Source of the DNA: Eledone cirrhosa | Lineage: Eukaryota | Direction of reading: 5' to 3' | Assembly (NCBI GenBank): GCA_964016885.1 | Contig: OZ024750.1 | Span: forward strand, 124,001-188,000 | Length of the DNA stretch: 64,000 nt | Part shown: positions 50,291 to 63,033 of the stretch, piece by piece | Numbering within the stretch: the stretch's first letter is position 1 | Layout of the letters: the number at the start of each line of letters is the position of its first letter | Position numbers and translations under genes: made by a program | Notes under the pieces: model-generated | Database searches by the model: none | What the model was told of the DNA's origin: nothing | Seen by the model: only the letters and a program-made list of their open reading frames with translations

Positions 50291-51830
50291 AACTTTGGGG
50301 ACTTCAGTTATCAAAACAGAGTAGAAAGTTTTTACAATAAGTTGACATTTATATAAATATATTTAAGCTAATATAATTAATGAGAAAGTCATTACACTTT
50401 TGACATATATGACAATTACACTTCGTATTATATAAAGAATGATGAAAGAAGAACTCTTAAAGATAACACCCTGAAGAGGGCCATGTCTGGAGACGTGTGT
50501 GTGTATGTGTTTATCTATTGTGTATGTTTTATCTACAGTCTTAAGTTACTGTGACAATCTTTAAGAAAAGGTTATCAATGAGCAAGAAACATCTAGTGAT
50601 CCTAAATGTAAGGCATAAGCTAGATTTTCATCATATGTCACAGTCATTTCCACCTCCATCATATCCATTGAAGCCACCAGCTGTGATCATAAGATCACTG
50701 TTATCTCTCATTGAGGGCCTCATAGAAATTGTCCTTTTGCTCGTCTGCAAGTCCAGCTTGAATGACCATAGGTTTTTGCACCTAGAAAGTTCCCCTCTAA
50801 GACACAAGCCTGGGCAAAGTGTTTTTGTGGAAGACCAGCAGTCACCCATGTATATCAGTCTCCCCTCTCCATGCCACCAATGTTACTCAAAGGAAAGGCA
50901 ATGGCTGATACAGCTTGGAACCACAAATCATTTCTAAAACTGAGTGAACTGGAACAATGTGAAATAAAGTGTTTTGCTTAAGGACACAACGTTCAGCCCA
51001 ATCCAAGAACCAAACTCACAACCTCACGATTGTCAGCCCAATGCTCTAACCACTAAGCCACTATTAATTTATTTTATCACCCACAATCACCAATCCCACC
51101 ATGGGGGATGAGAGGTGAAGTTGATGATTTTCATGAGATTTGAAATCAGAATATCAAAAGACTACATGCCACATGAAAGTTTGTATGCCACATGAAAGAC
51201 TATATGCCACATGGCATCTTGTTTGCCATTCCCCGCCCTTGTTAATAAAAAATTGATTTCTACTTTTGGTACAAGACCAGCAAATTTGGTGTAAAGGCAA
51301 AGTTGATTAAACCAACCCCAGTACTTGACTTGTACTTTATTTTATCGACCCCTGAAGGATGAAAGGCAAAGTTGACTATGATAGGATTTGAACTCAGAAT
51401 GTAAAGAGCCAGAACATATATTGCAATGGTATTTTATCTGACACTCTACTAATTCTGCCAATCTACCAGCCCTTAGTAGTAAATATTAGAAAACAATGTT
51501 GTTATCATTGAAAGTAGGGTAAACAACAGCAGCAGCTGTAATTTGATATACATGTCGGAGTAACATAACACTTAAATGTACAGCAAACTGATAAAAAAAA
51601 AAAATGAAAACTGAATAATTTAATAATTAACTTACAAAATAAATAAATAAATGAACCCAAATAAACTTTGAACTTAATTTTAAATAACAAACAAGAACGA
51701 AATTTTATCAAGAATTCATTAATACAATCTATTTGAATTTTACTGCTTACACAACAAAATACCAATGACTAGAGATTTAATAACTAGGTTTTTATAAGTC
51801 TCACAGGTTAACTTTTTGGCCTTGTCAGCA

Positions 51831-54800
51831 ATGGTGTTTAACCACAGACTTTTTTCTTTCTCTTGGACTAGAATCAACTACAAAATTTACACACAGCATA
51901 AGATGTTCAAGCACTCAACAAGATGTTACTGTAAACCCAAAACCCTCCAGTTGAAATATGATGCTGTTGTTATAGGAGCAGGTTTTCCTCATTTTTATTT
52001 TCCTTCCAAATTTTTCTGTCTTTAATTTCTTTATTCCATATTTATTCGTTATTTGTTTGAATAACATTTGGTTAACTTACAAAGCAGTACAATATTCGCA
52101 TCTCTTGTATGTCAGCACAAAGGTTAAACACATCACTTACCCAGCATATAGGAGATATCTGGTTCTATTCCTCGTAACCACTTTTGTCTACTTTTTTCCA
52201 TCACCAGGGGTATTTTACCTGATTTTTTCAACTGTTATTTATAGTTATCAACTATTATTATAGTTACCTGCATTGTGGCAACTATTATTCTAAAACTCCC
52301 TCTATTTTTATTTATTTATTCTGGGATTATTCTATGATTCTGTAATTCCTTTATGTTAATTAATCTATGATTCTGTAATTTCTTTATGTTAATTATTCTG
52401 TGATTCTGCAATTCCTTTCATCATTATCGTCTAATGTCCATTTTCCATGCTAGCATGAGTTAGATGGGTTGTCCCATTAGAGGCAAGTTGCATCAGGTGA
52501 CCATGTCTTACTCATATAGAACTGTTTCTGGCTTGGTTTCTATGGCTGGATGCCCTTCCTAACACCAACCACATTTACAGTGTGGTCTGAGTGCTTTTTG
52601 TTGTGACTCCTACGGAACCACTTTACAGTGTGGTCTGAGTGCTTTTTGTTGTGACTCCTACGCAACCACTTTACAGTGTGGTCTGGGTGCTTTTTTATCA
52701 TGACTCCTACACGACCACTTTACAGTGTGGGCTGGGTATTTTTTGTTGTGACTCCTACATGACCACTATACAGTGTGGGCTGGATATATTTTGTTCACAG
52801 TGGAAGGGTGGTGTGGACATGAGTGGGTGGGGCTATAGTGGTTAAGAGGTGCCTACTAGGTATATGTTTGAGGCTGTGATTCTGCAATTCCTTTATGTTG
52901 ATTAATCTATGATTTCATCTTGGTGGTTATTCTCTGACTCTTCTTTTCCTCTCTATTTCAGGACACAATGGATTGATTACAGTAAGTTGAAGTTCTTTCT
53001 TGTTTTACAATGCTTTAACCCTCTCCGATTCCTCAATTTACATTCTATCACTCATTCACTTACCCTTTTGCTTTCTCTCTCTCTCACTTTTAACAACCAA
53101 TCTTTCCACAGGCTGCATATCTACAGAAAGCTGGCATGAAGGTTTGTGTCTTGGAGAAACGTCACATCATTGGTGGAGCAGCAGTGACAGAGGAAATAAT
53201 CCCTGGTAAGTATTTTTAGATAATTTAACTTTTAAATGTCATGTACCACATGAAACTACATTAGCAAGAAGTTCTTGAAAAATACAAAGCACCACTATGA
53301 CTGTATCAATCACATTAAAAATTCAAGTCTTTACTTTAGTTTACAGCAAGTTTTCACAACAATCTGTTCAATAGTAAAGATATTATAAACATTTGAATTA
53401 ACAAAGCCATTTTGAAATTTTTTTGCTAAATGTTTATCCAACCCATATTTATTTATTTTATAAGGAAGTTTTGAACAATAGCATCATTTGTTGCAGCTTT
53501 CTGGAAGCAGTAAAGCATTGGATCCCTGTATTTCTGACAACACAAGTAATTAACTAGTGTGTCTAACTAAATACAGAACAGATATTATCTCCAGGGATTT
53601 TGTTCATAGAGCAACGTCATTTTGTGGTTTTGTTGTTGGTAGTTATATCCTTCATTAACACACACACACATATATAGATAAAGGTAGGATTATAATAAAG
53701 TAGTATATGAAGCAATGTGAGATATGTGGTTAAGATTGTTTTGGTAAAGCCATTACAGTGAAAGTTAGAAATAAAGGAGTGGAAATTGGAGAAGAGTCGT
53801 ACGACAAAATAAAACAATATTCTATGATAATATTTCCTTTGAAAATTTCCCTGGCAGCAAGAGTTTGACAGGTCTACATAGATCAAATCAGTACCAAAGT
53901 AGGGCTACTGACCTCCCAGACAGGTTGAGGGGGGTCTGTATCCCACTTTTATATCCCAATTTTAAAGAAACTCATGTACATCATCATCATTACTGTTTAA
54001 CAAATACATCAGGTGTAAAAGTATCCATCCAACTCATATCCTATATACTTTTCTAGGGTTCAAGTTTTCCAGAGCTTCATATCTACTGAGCTTGTTACGA
54101 CCACAGATCTACCAGGATTTACAACTAAACGTATGTCAAATCAAGATTCTTTTCAAGAAATTTTCAAACTATATTTTCTTAAACATTATAAACTGCTATG
54201 AAGTTAATATCACTACCTGTCATATTAATCTATTACTGATGATAGGGTGGTATTTTTACAGTGTTGGATAAAATACTTTGCAGCATTTAGTTTAGGCTCT
54301 TTACGTTCTCAGTTCAAATCCCACGGAGATTGATAAAATAAAGTACCAGTTAGATACTGGGACCAATGTGATCAACTTTCCCTTGACACTCCTTCACTTG
54401 AGCCAGCAGAATATCCAGGATGGGATTACTTAAAAGAGAGAGAGAGAGTTGCACCAGCACTGGTATTTTCTTTATTGACCATAAAAGGGTAAAAGGTAAA
54501 GAGGATCTCAGTGGGATTTGAACTCAGAATGCAGAGATATGGAAGAAAATATCCAACAATCTAACAACTTTGCCAAATCAAAATGTTTATTTCCTAAAAA
54601 TTATTAACAAAGCTTAAATGAAAGCACAATTCACAGTTAAGAGACTTTTAACTATATATTTAGAATTCTCTAGAGACAAATTAAAATCTTAACCATATTC
54701 TTTTTATTTCTTTTTCCAGAAATATGGGTTGAAAATCTTTTTAAGAAATCCAAGTTCATACACACCATTGCTACAACCAAGTACTTTAAATCCAAAAGCT

Positions 54801-57800
54801 AAATCTCTTACTCTGGGACGAGATAGTCAACTTAATAAAATTCAAATTGCTCAATTTTCTAAATCTGATGCTGAGGTAAAGAATTATATATTTGTTGATT
54901 GTAAATACAATCATCATTACCATCATTGTCAGCATTATTTTATGTCTACTTTTCCATGCTGGCATTTCCCATTGATTTGAGCTGGACTGATTATATCACA
55001 TCGACTGCCAAGTCTGCTCCCCAGACAGTTGGTTTGATCTATCATGCCATAACATTTTTCACTGCTAAAAATATCTTATGTTTTCATAAATCTACAATTT
55101 TTCCTTGTATTGAGTACTGTTGCTAAATCTGGTCTAGTGCTTCTGCTGTCCCTAGGTCAGCTTCAATCAATATCACAGAACGAGTTTGATGAGCATATTA
55201 TAACAGACATGGTATATACCAGTTAGTCCAATGAAATTCTTGTAAATCAATTAAATGATTTAGTTTAAATCCTTGTTAATCTTTATTCTTTATATATATA
55301 TATTTGTTTATTAATATTTCAGAAATTTGAAGAATATGAAGAGCAATTACAAAGAATTGTGGATTCTCTGGATCCTTTACTAGATAATCCTGCTCTAAAT
55401 TTACGAAGTATGGATCAAAGAGGGATTAAGAAATACATTGAATCTTGGTCCTCCTTGAAATGTTTTGGAAAGTCTAGTAAGTTGTCAGCATAATTATTCA
55501 GGGATGCTCTAAAATTTTGTTAGTCTTGCATATTATGTTTTTCCCTTAGATTTACACTACCTATTCACTATATATCAGTGTTTTGTATTAAAGATATTTA
55601 GCTGTTCAATATCTGCTCCAGCAATTCAATTCAATATCTACAGTTATTTAAACCCATCCCAACCTGGATTAGAACAGTTGTCTGAAACTCAATGACTCAA
55701 AAGAGCCATTATGTCCTGGGGGCAAGGCACAATTGGCCAAATGTGAGATGAGGTGAGAGGGGTTGATTTACACCAGTTATTATGCTAATCTACAATACAG
55801 CTGATAGGCTGCTACTTATTCATTTATTTTATCAAAATGAATATGTATGATAGTATGTGGGATACGTGAATTGGTACAAAATGTAGGAGGACAAATTTTC
55901 TGTTTCAAACTTTCTTTAATTAGGAAAGGATTACTGGACAGATTTTATAGACAAAACCAACTGGCGGGAGACCCAGAACAAGATGGTTGGATAACATCTA
56001 TGAACTTGGCTGGTCAAGCTTGGGGATACAGCTGAATCAGTTGGAGATGGTTGCTTCCAACAGGACCCACTGGAAGGAGTGTTTGAGGATTCTGCCCCAA
56101 CAACCCTCTCAGGAATAAGTAGGCAAAGAAGAACAAGAAGTAGTTCTGAACATTGGGCCATACAAAAGTTGTTTGCTGAATGCGTATATGAGACCTCAGA
56201 ATTGGAATATAAGAGTTCATTTTTAAAATATTCTTATATTGTTTCAAGTGTTGTGGCTATATACTTTGTTGCCATTCTTGTTAGCATCAAAACATTAGTT
56301 AAGGTTTATATTAACAGGGAAACGACAAACAGGGAAATAATGGAGACACACCATTATTGGGGTAAATAGGTGATAGGAACTAACAGTTACTAAACTGATA
56401 AATGTAAGATTATATTTTATTTCAATTTCTTAAAAGATAAACTCCAGTTTTACATTGATTTTAATAAACTAAAATATAATTTTAATATTTTTTCTAAAAC
56501 CTCCAAAATATGTTTTCTCCTAAAATATCAACATTGTTTTCTAATTTTAGTAAAACAATTGAGTCATGACAAAACAGCATTTCTCGAGTTAATGTTTGCT
56601 CCTGCTACTAAGGTTGGTTTTATAAGTTTTCCTCTTCTTTTTTTTTCTATTTTGAAAATGTTGAAAGCAAGAACTTTGTTGTAAATCATTCTTTATTGCC
56701 CTCACCATTTTCACAACATATATCTAATATCCATTTTATCAGGCTTAAAATGTTTTCTCTGCTATTTAGAGGAAGAGCAGCTCCTATGATCATTATATCC
56801 CCTTCTACACTGGTACAATATATGTAGTAGATGATCAGCTATTATTACCCCAGCTATTGTAACCCTAGCTATCATTACCCCATCTATCATTAACCCCAGT
56901 CATCATTAACCCCAGCCATCATTACCCTCAGCTATCCTTCACCCCTAGCTATCATTACATTCCAGATATCTTTCACCCAGCTATCAATAACCTTCATCTC
57001 ATGTGTTTATTACATCAATTCCACTTCACCTGATATATTTCTTCACTAATCTTTACTTTATTTATTATACACCACCAAACCTACTACTTTTAAATCATGC
57101 CTAACTTGTTTGTTTCTGTATTTCTCTTGAATTAAAATTACCAGATCTGGTTCTGCGTTGATTTACCTCTGCCATTCTTCATTAAAACAACAGCTCAACT
57201 ATTTGATAAAATTAATACTTTCAGGTTTTAGATAAATGGTTTGAGTCAGAACCATTGAAAGCTAGCTTAGCAACTGATGCTGTAATTGGATCAATGACTA
57301 GTCCTCATCATTCCGGTAGTGGGTAAGTAAATCATTTCTTTATTTCTCCTGTCACTGTAGTCATCTCTAGTTAACAGAATCAATGACAATCAATGAAGGA
57401 ATAGGAAAGGTCAGATAGGTTTGTTATATTAGATTTGTGTACAGATCAAAGTTCAATCTATAACAATTGTTTTGGTTTCAGTATATATTTTATTAGACTA
57501 GAATATATGGTTCTTTTCTTAATGGTAAAACAATGTAATAGATGAAAAGTGGCACATCACAGAACACCCACCCACACAGGGCAAAACACACCTCACCCTC
57601 AAGCTACAATACTGCTAGCACTTCATAGTACCTAATAATTTCAACATTCACATACTTTCTTCTTTCTCCACTTATTTCTGAGAGGGTCGTGGGGGAAGAG
57701 TCCTCAAACACTCCTTCCAGCAGGTCCTGTCAGAAGTAACCATCTCCAACTGATCCAGCTGGATCCTTAAGTGAGACCAGCCAAGCTCATGTATGTTATC

Positions 57801-60800
57801 CAACCATCTTGCTCAGGGTCTACCCTTGGGTCTCCTGTCAGTTGGTTTTGCCCATAAAATCTGTCCAGTGATTTTTTCCTGAGACATTCTAACCACATGC
57901 CCATAGTATTGGAGCTGTGATCTCTCAATTTCTTTTACTCAGATACAGAGAATAGTTTTTTATCCGAAACATACAATGTCTTCATAAAAAAATAATCAGT
58001 TATATTCTGTAGATATTTGGATATAAGCCGAGAAATATGTAATAAGAAAATCGATGGTAGAAGTGGGGGGAGGGCTTATATTTGGGATCAATATTTTGAG
58101 GATTTTCACCAACTTCAAAAGGTTTGGATTTTTACCCATTTCTCTGACTTCTTTCTTGTTCTAGATATGTATTACTACATCATGTGATGGGACAACTGGA
58201 AGGTGTGAAAGGAGCTTGGGGATATGTTGAAGGTGGTATGGGTTCAGTAACTCAAGCAATTGCTAATTGTGCTGCTGACCGAGGTGTAGATATCTTTACA
58301 AGCAAGGTATTGCTTTCTTTATTCACAATTCTTGTTTGTTTATAAGGACATTAGATATGCAGTATCAGTAGAGCATTGGTCAAAATACTTTGCAGTATTT
58401 AGTTACATCTTTCTACATTCTGAATTCAAATCCTGCCAAGATCAACTTTGCCTTTCATCTTTCCAGGGTCGATAAAATAAAATAACAGAGGTTGATATAA
58501 TCAACTCCTACACATCCCTACCCCACCCCCAAAAATTGCTGGCATTTTTTCCAAAATTATAAATCATTAATTGCTTGTTCATCATATTTGAATGTTGAAA
58601 TTCTCTTGTGTCAACTGCAGAAACATATATTCTGGTCTCTAAAAAGATATTGCTATATGGTTGATTAAGCAGAGTCATTAAAACAATAGATATTTGTTCC
58701 AGCTCTCTGAAGTCTGAGTTCACTTTGTCTTTCGTCCTTTCAGGGTTGATACAGAAAATACCAGATCAGTGGTAGTGCATCCCTCTCTCTCCCAGACCTG
58801 TCAATTCTTCCCATCTGATGGAGAGTCTCCCACTCACTTTGGGGTGGGTGAGAGATATCTTGAAAATGGGTATAGCTTTCATTATGTAAAATCTCCCCAT
58901 TTTGCCTCATTTCTCCCCATACTTTTTTTCATAATACTCCCCTTTTGGGTTTTTAGAGGTTGGCAGGTCTGTACTTTGTGCTTTGTCAAATGAAATATTT
59001 ATTCTGCTTTTCGTTAGGTGTAACCACAGTTATCTCCCTTTTTATTTATTACAGCCTGTCAGCAAGATTTTGGTAGAGAACGACTGTGTCAGAGGTGTTG
59101 TGCTAGAAGATGGAACAGAAATAATTGCTGAAGCAGTGTTATCTAATGCCACTCCCAAAGTTACTTATTTAGATCTTCTTCCGAATGTTAGTAATTGTTT
59201 AATTAGTGATTCACTTATAATTAACTCTCATTTCATTTTCCTTAATTAGTGAATCACATTATCTCATTTTCCTCTACTTTGAATGTGTGTGTGTGTGTAT
59301 TATGTATATACAATGTGGGCAATGAATACAAGAGAGATGAATGGTTCTGTCATTCCTAAGTAGAGGTTATATGAGACATTTCTAGCCATTCTGTAAATCA
59401 ATTTTGAAGGAAGTTCCAAATCTAACCAGATCTGAACATAAATATGAGCCAACAAAATCAAAATTACGATTCTTTACCAGTTAAATCTGCATGTTGCTTC
59501 ACTAAATTTTTCCCATTTTTCCCCAAACTTTCTTTCCCGGCAGTTTAATCCCTAGGAAACATCTTTTTTGCATAGTTTTTTGCTATAGATAGTGATCTAA
59601 GGATATCGAAGCAGAATAGCAGCATATTTTGCAGAACCTTCAAAGGTCATTGTCATTTTTGCTATCTTATTTCTTTTAAAAATATTCACTTTAGGGGGTG
59701 AGGACTCCAAAACTGTTTGAGTACAGCTAGAAATACTTTATTATATGCAAGTATGTGGATTTCATATATCTAATGATTTATGGTATGTTTAATAAATAAA
59801 CATTTGGAAAGTCTTCTCGCTATGAATAATCAAAGGTTGATGGCTAGCACTGTCTAGTACATTCCAGCAGAAACAGTGGAATTTAAAGTGGTTTTTAATT
59901 TACAAAATTTCAGGGAACTTTATCCAGAGACCTTAATAAGGAAGTAGCAATGATAGATTATTCATCACCAGTGACAAAAATCAATGGTAAGAACAGATGC
60001 TTTTTAAAATAACATTAACTTTTCTGAAAATAAAATATCTTCACCTATTTTCATAGAAGCAGCCCAAATAATGTCATTTGGAATCTGATTCCTCTTGACA
60101 AATATTTGCTTTAATTGCCCTATCTTCAGCAAGCCTTTTTGATTTTTGTTTCTCTGATTCATTCTGTATATTCTGTGCATTTTTTATTCTTTGTTGAAGC
60201 CTTGATCATTTTTGTGCATCTGATTCATCCTCTCTGTTTTGAACTATAGTTTCGTACACCTAATTCCTCTTGATGAATAGTTGCTTACTTTGTCCTATCA
60301 TCAGCAAGGCTTTCTTATCTTCGTTCCTCAGATTCATTTTGCCTATATTTTACTGTTGTTTTTCTTTGTTGTACAATGATATAAATAATTTATTAAAAGT
60401 CACACAATTTTCTAAATGATATTTCTCTTGTCTTCCAACCCCAAACATCACTATGAGAATGTAGTTGCTGTGAAAGAGTTACCAAATTTTACTGCTGATC
60501 CAAACATCAAGAAGAACATACCCATGCCCCACCACCAATGTACCATTCATTTAAACTGTGAAAACACAGATTTAATTCATCAGGCCTACCTAGATGCTCA
60601 AAATGGATATCCTTCACGCAAGTAATTGAGTTTCATTTTCTGTGACTTTATAAACAAATGTTGTCATTATTTTTGTTGGGTGGTACCAGTAATACACTGG
60701 GATAATTACTGGCCTTGTGCCAAAAGTAGAAACAATTATTTTTGTTGGGTGGTTGCTTGACAGAATTGGTAGAGCATTGTACAAATGCTTAGCAGTATTT

Positions 60801-62348
60801 GTTCCGGGTCTTTACTTTCTGAGTTCAAATCCTGGCGTGTTTAGCTTTGCCTTTAATCTTTACAGGGTCAATAAAATAAAGTACCAGTAACACACTGGGA
60901 TGAATTTAATTGACTTTCCCCTTCTCCCAAAATTATTGGCCTTGTGCCTAAATCAGAAAGTTGATATTTTCAGTGAACTGTTACAAGTACTCCTTATTAT
61001 CATATCAAGACCCTTATTGTATTACAACCTTCATCCTCTTCATCCCCACTGCCATCTCTGTCATCATCACCACTGCCACCACCACCACTAACAACAGCAA
61101 CACCGCCATCATCATCACCACCACTAACAACAGCAACAACGCCATCATTACCATCACCATGAGGGCGGTGGATTGGCAGTATCAGTAGAGGGTCGGACGC
61201 CATACTTTGTAGCATAGAGTTATGCCTGTTTATGGTCTGAGTTCAAATCCCACCAAGGTTATCTTTGCCTTTCATCCTTACAGGGTTGATAAAATAAAGT
61301 ACCAGTAATGCACTGGGATAATTGCTGGCCTTGTGCCAAAAGTAGAAACAAACATCATCATCTTCATCCTCATTACCATCATCATCAAGTTTTCCTCTCA
61401 ACACCAACTAAATGTTAATTTATTTTTTTCTTCTCTATTAATTTCCCCAAAATATTTATAATCGAAATAGAAGCTTCACCATAACATTTGACTAAATATA
61501 TGTGTCTAATAATGGGACATATAAACCCACTGAATGGAAAAAAGACATATTTAGTGAAATGTTATAAGAAAGCCATCTACTTCTATTTCAATTTTCAAAC
61601 TTCACTCACCAATTTCTAAACACACCTCATATGTATAATGTGTATGATAATTTCTTGTTTCTATTTTGGAAGGCCTGTGATTGAAATGGTGATTCCTTCC
61701 AGTGTTGATTCCACCATATCTCCACCAGGTTGTCATGTTGTCTTACTCTTTACACAATATACACCATACACTCTGAAGAATGGACTCTCATGGGATGAAG
61801 AAACCAAACAGAAATATGCAGACACCGGTAAACATTATTCTAATTCTATTTTTATCTATAACTTCTGGTGGAGTTATAGCAACATTCACGATTCTATGTA
61901 TTAAACACTTGCTTGAGTGGGGTTTCTTTTCTGAAAACCTTCTGCTGTCTAACTCTCTTGAGAGTTTCTTACCACTATATATATATATATAAGCATTTTA
62001 AAGGGTCCGTCGAGCTGCCGATTATAGAGTCAGGTAAGATCGATACAGATCAAACCTTGAGCGAATCAGTGGCGAAACGCGCGTCACCTACTAATAAATG
62101 TGATGGAGTAACCAATCGTCCTTGTTATCCTTTCAATATATTACACTCTGTATAGCTCTACACCTCAACACAGAAGTGAACCTAAACATCGAGTGCTCAC
62201 CTGGGTGAACCTGCAGTAACTCCAAGTTACACTCCCTAGATATATATATATATATATAAGTTTGGTGTTTCACCACTGGGTAGAATTGGTCATTCTGCAA
62301 TGTTAAACAGGATGTAATAGTAGGTAGTGCAGGAATGTCATTTTACTC

Positions 62349-62402
<54 letters not shown>

Positions 62403-62813
62403 GCGCACACATATATATATATATATATATATACGCAGAGAGAGAGGGAGAGAGAGAGAGAGAGAGAGAGAGAAAGGTCCAAATCTTTTGAAAGCGTTAG
62501 TAAATATATAAGTTAGGTAAAGCATTTCCTCTTCATTTTCCAATTCCTACTTTGATAAGAATATATTATAGCAGAAAAGCATTCACCACTTATACTTGCC
62601 TAAAATATTTAATATTATAGAATTTATACTGTAAGATATTAACTGTATAATGGTGTATATTGTATCATGTACATATATCTTCTTTTTCTATATGACTATT
62701 TTCCAGTATTCAATGATATTGAAAAATATGCCCCTGGATTTAAATCAAGTATCATAGGATATGATCTTTTGTCACCACCAGATCTTGAAAGTATTTTTGG
62801 ACTTACAGGAGGG
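51831..62813 (+). CDS. PYROXD2: Pyridine nucleotide-disulfide oxidoreductase domain-containing protein 2 (phytoene-desaturase-like FAD oxidoreductase), 14 coding exons in window, 3' end outside
   Basis: Exons 51831-51981, 52962-52981, 53112-53205, 54057-54130, 54720-54875, 55323-55476, 56551-56612, 57225-57322, 58165-58306, 59055-59186, 59914-59986, 60465-60621, 61673-61827, 62707-62813 give 525 in-frame codons: [101 protein letters not shown] possible acceptor (tcacag, 51801-51806) suggests an upstream 5'UTR exon. Confidence 0.93.
52566..52805. repeat. ~43-48-bp minisatellite (about 5 units) grown inside a SINE
   Basis: ACCACTTTACAGTGTGG(T/G)CTG..TG.TTTTTGTTGTGACTCCTAC repeats. Confidence 0.85.
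54960..55150 (+). mobile_element. Old LINE RT C-terminal fragment
   Basis: [22 protein letters not shown]...[13 protein letters not shown]. Confidence 0.55.
56836..56995. repeat. ~14-15-bp minisatellite (CAGCTATCATTACCC)
   Basis: About 10 degenerate units. Confidence 0.8.
58793..58971. mobile_element. Short TIR element (MITE); related ends at 5215-5340 and 18971-19110
   Basis: CAGACCTGTCAA...TTGGCAGGTCTG termini; shared GAAAATGGG...CTTTCATTATGTAAAATCTCCCC block. Confidence 0.6.
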
Positions 62814-62921
62814 GTGAGTTACATTTTATTATACTTAGCTTATGCATGCATGCATAGTCCTGTAACTCCTGCGGAAGTTGTAGGGGGCACTGTATTGGAA
62901 TACAGTGTTTCTGGAGCATCT

Positions 62922-63033
62922 TTAAACCTGGTGGCACCCATCTCCTCTCTAGGTCTGAATACAGCAGATTTCTTCCATAGAAGAAATCTGCTGTATTCAG
63001 ACCTGGAGAGGAGATGGGTGCTGCCAGGTTTAA
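62922..63033. repeat. Inverted repeat, 54-bp arms, CATA loop, in PYROXD2 intron 14
   Basis: 62922-62975 / 62980-63033, three mismatches. Confidence 0.95.

Noticed and set aside
50468-50500. CTGAAGA-GGGC/GTCT possible hammerhead
   Set aside because: GAAA is missing (GGAGA) and stems I and III are not convincing.
52566-52805. Regular ~45-bp repeats resembling a CRISPR array
   Set aside because: Tandem units without unique spacers, inside a SINE in a eukaryotic intron; no cas genes.
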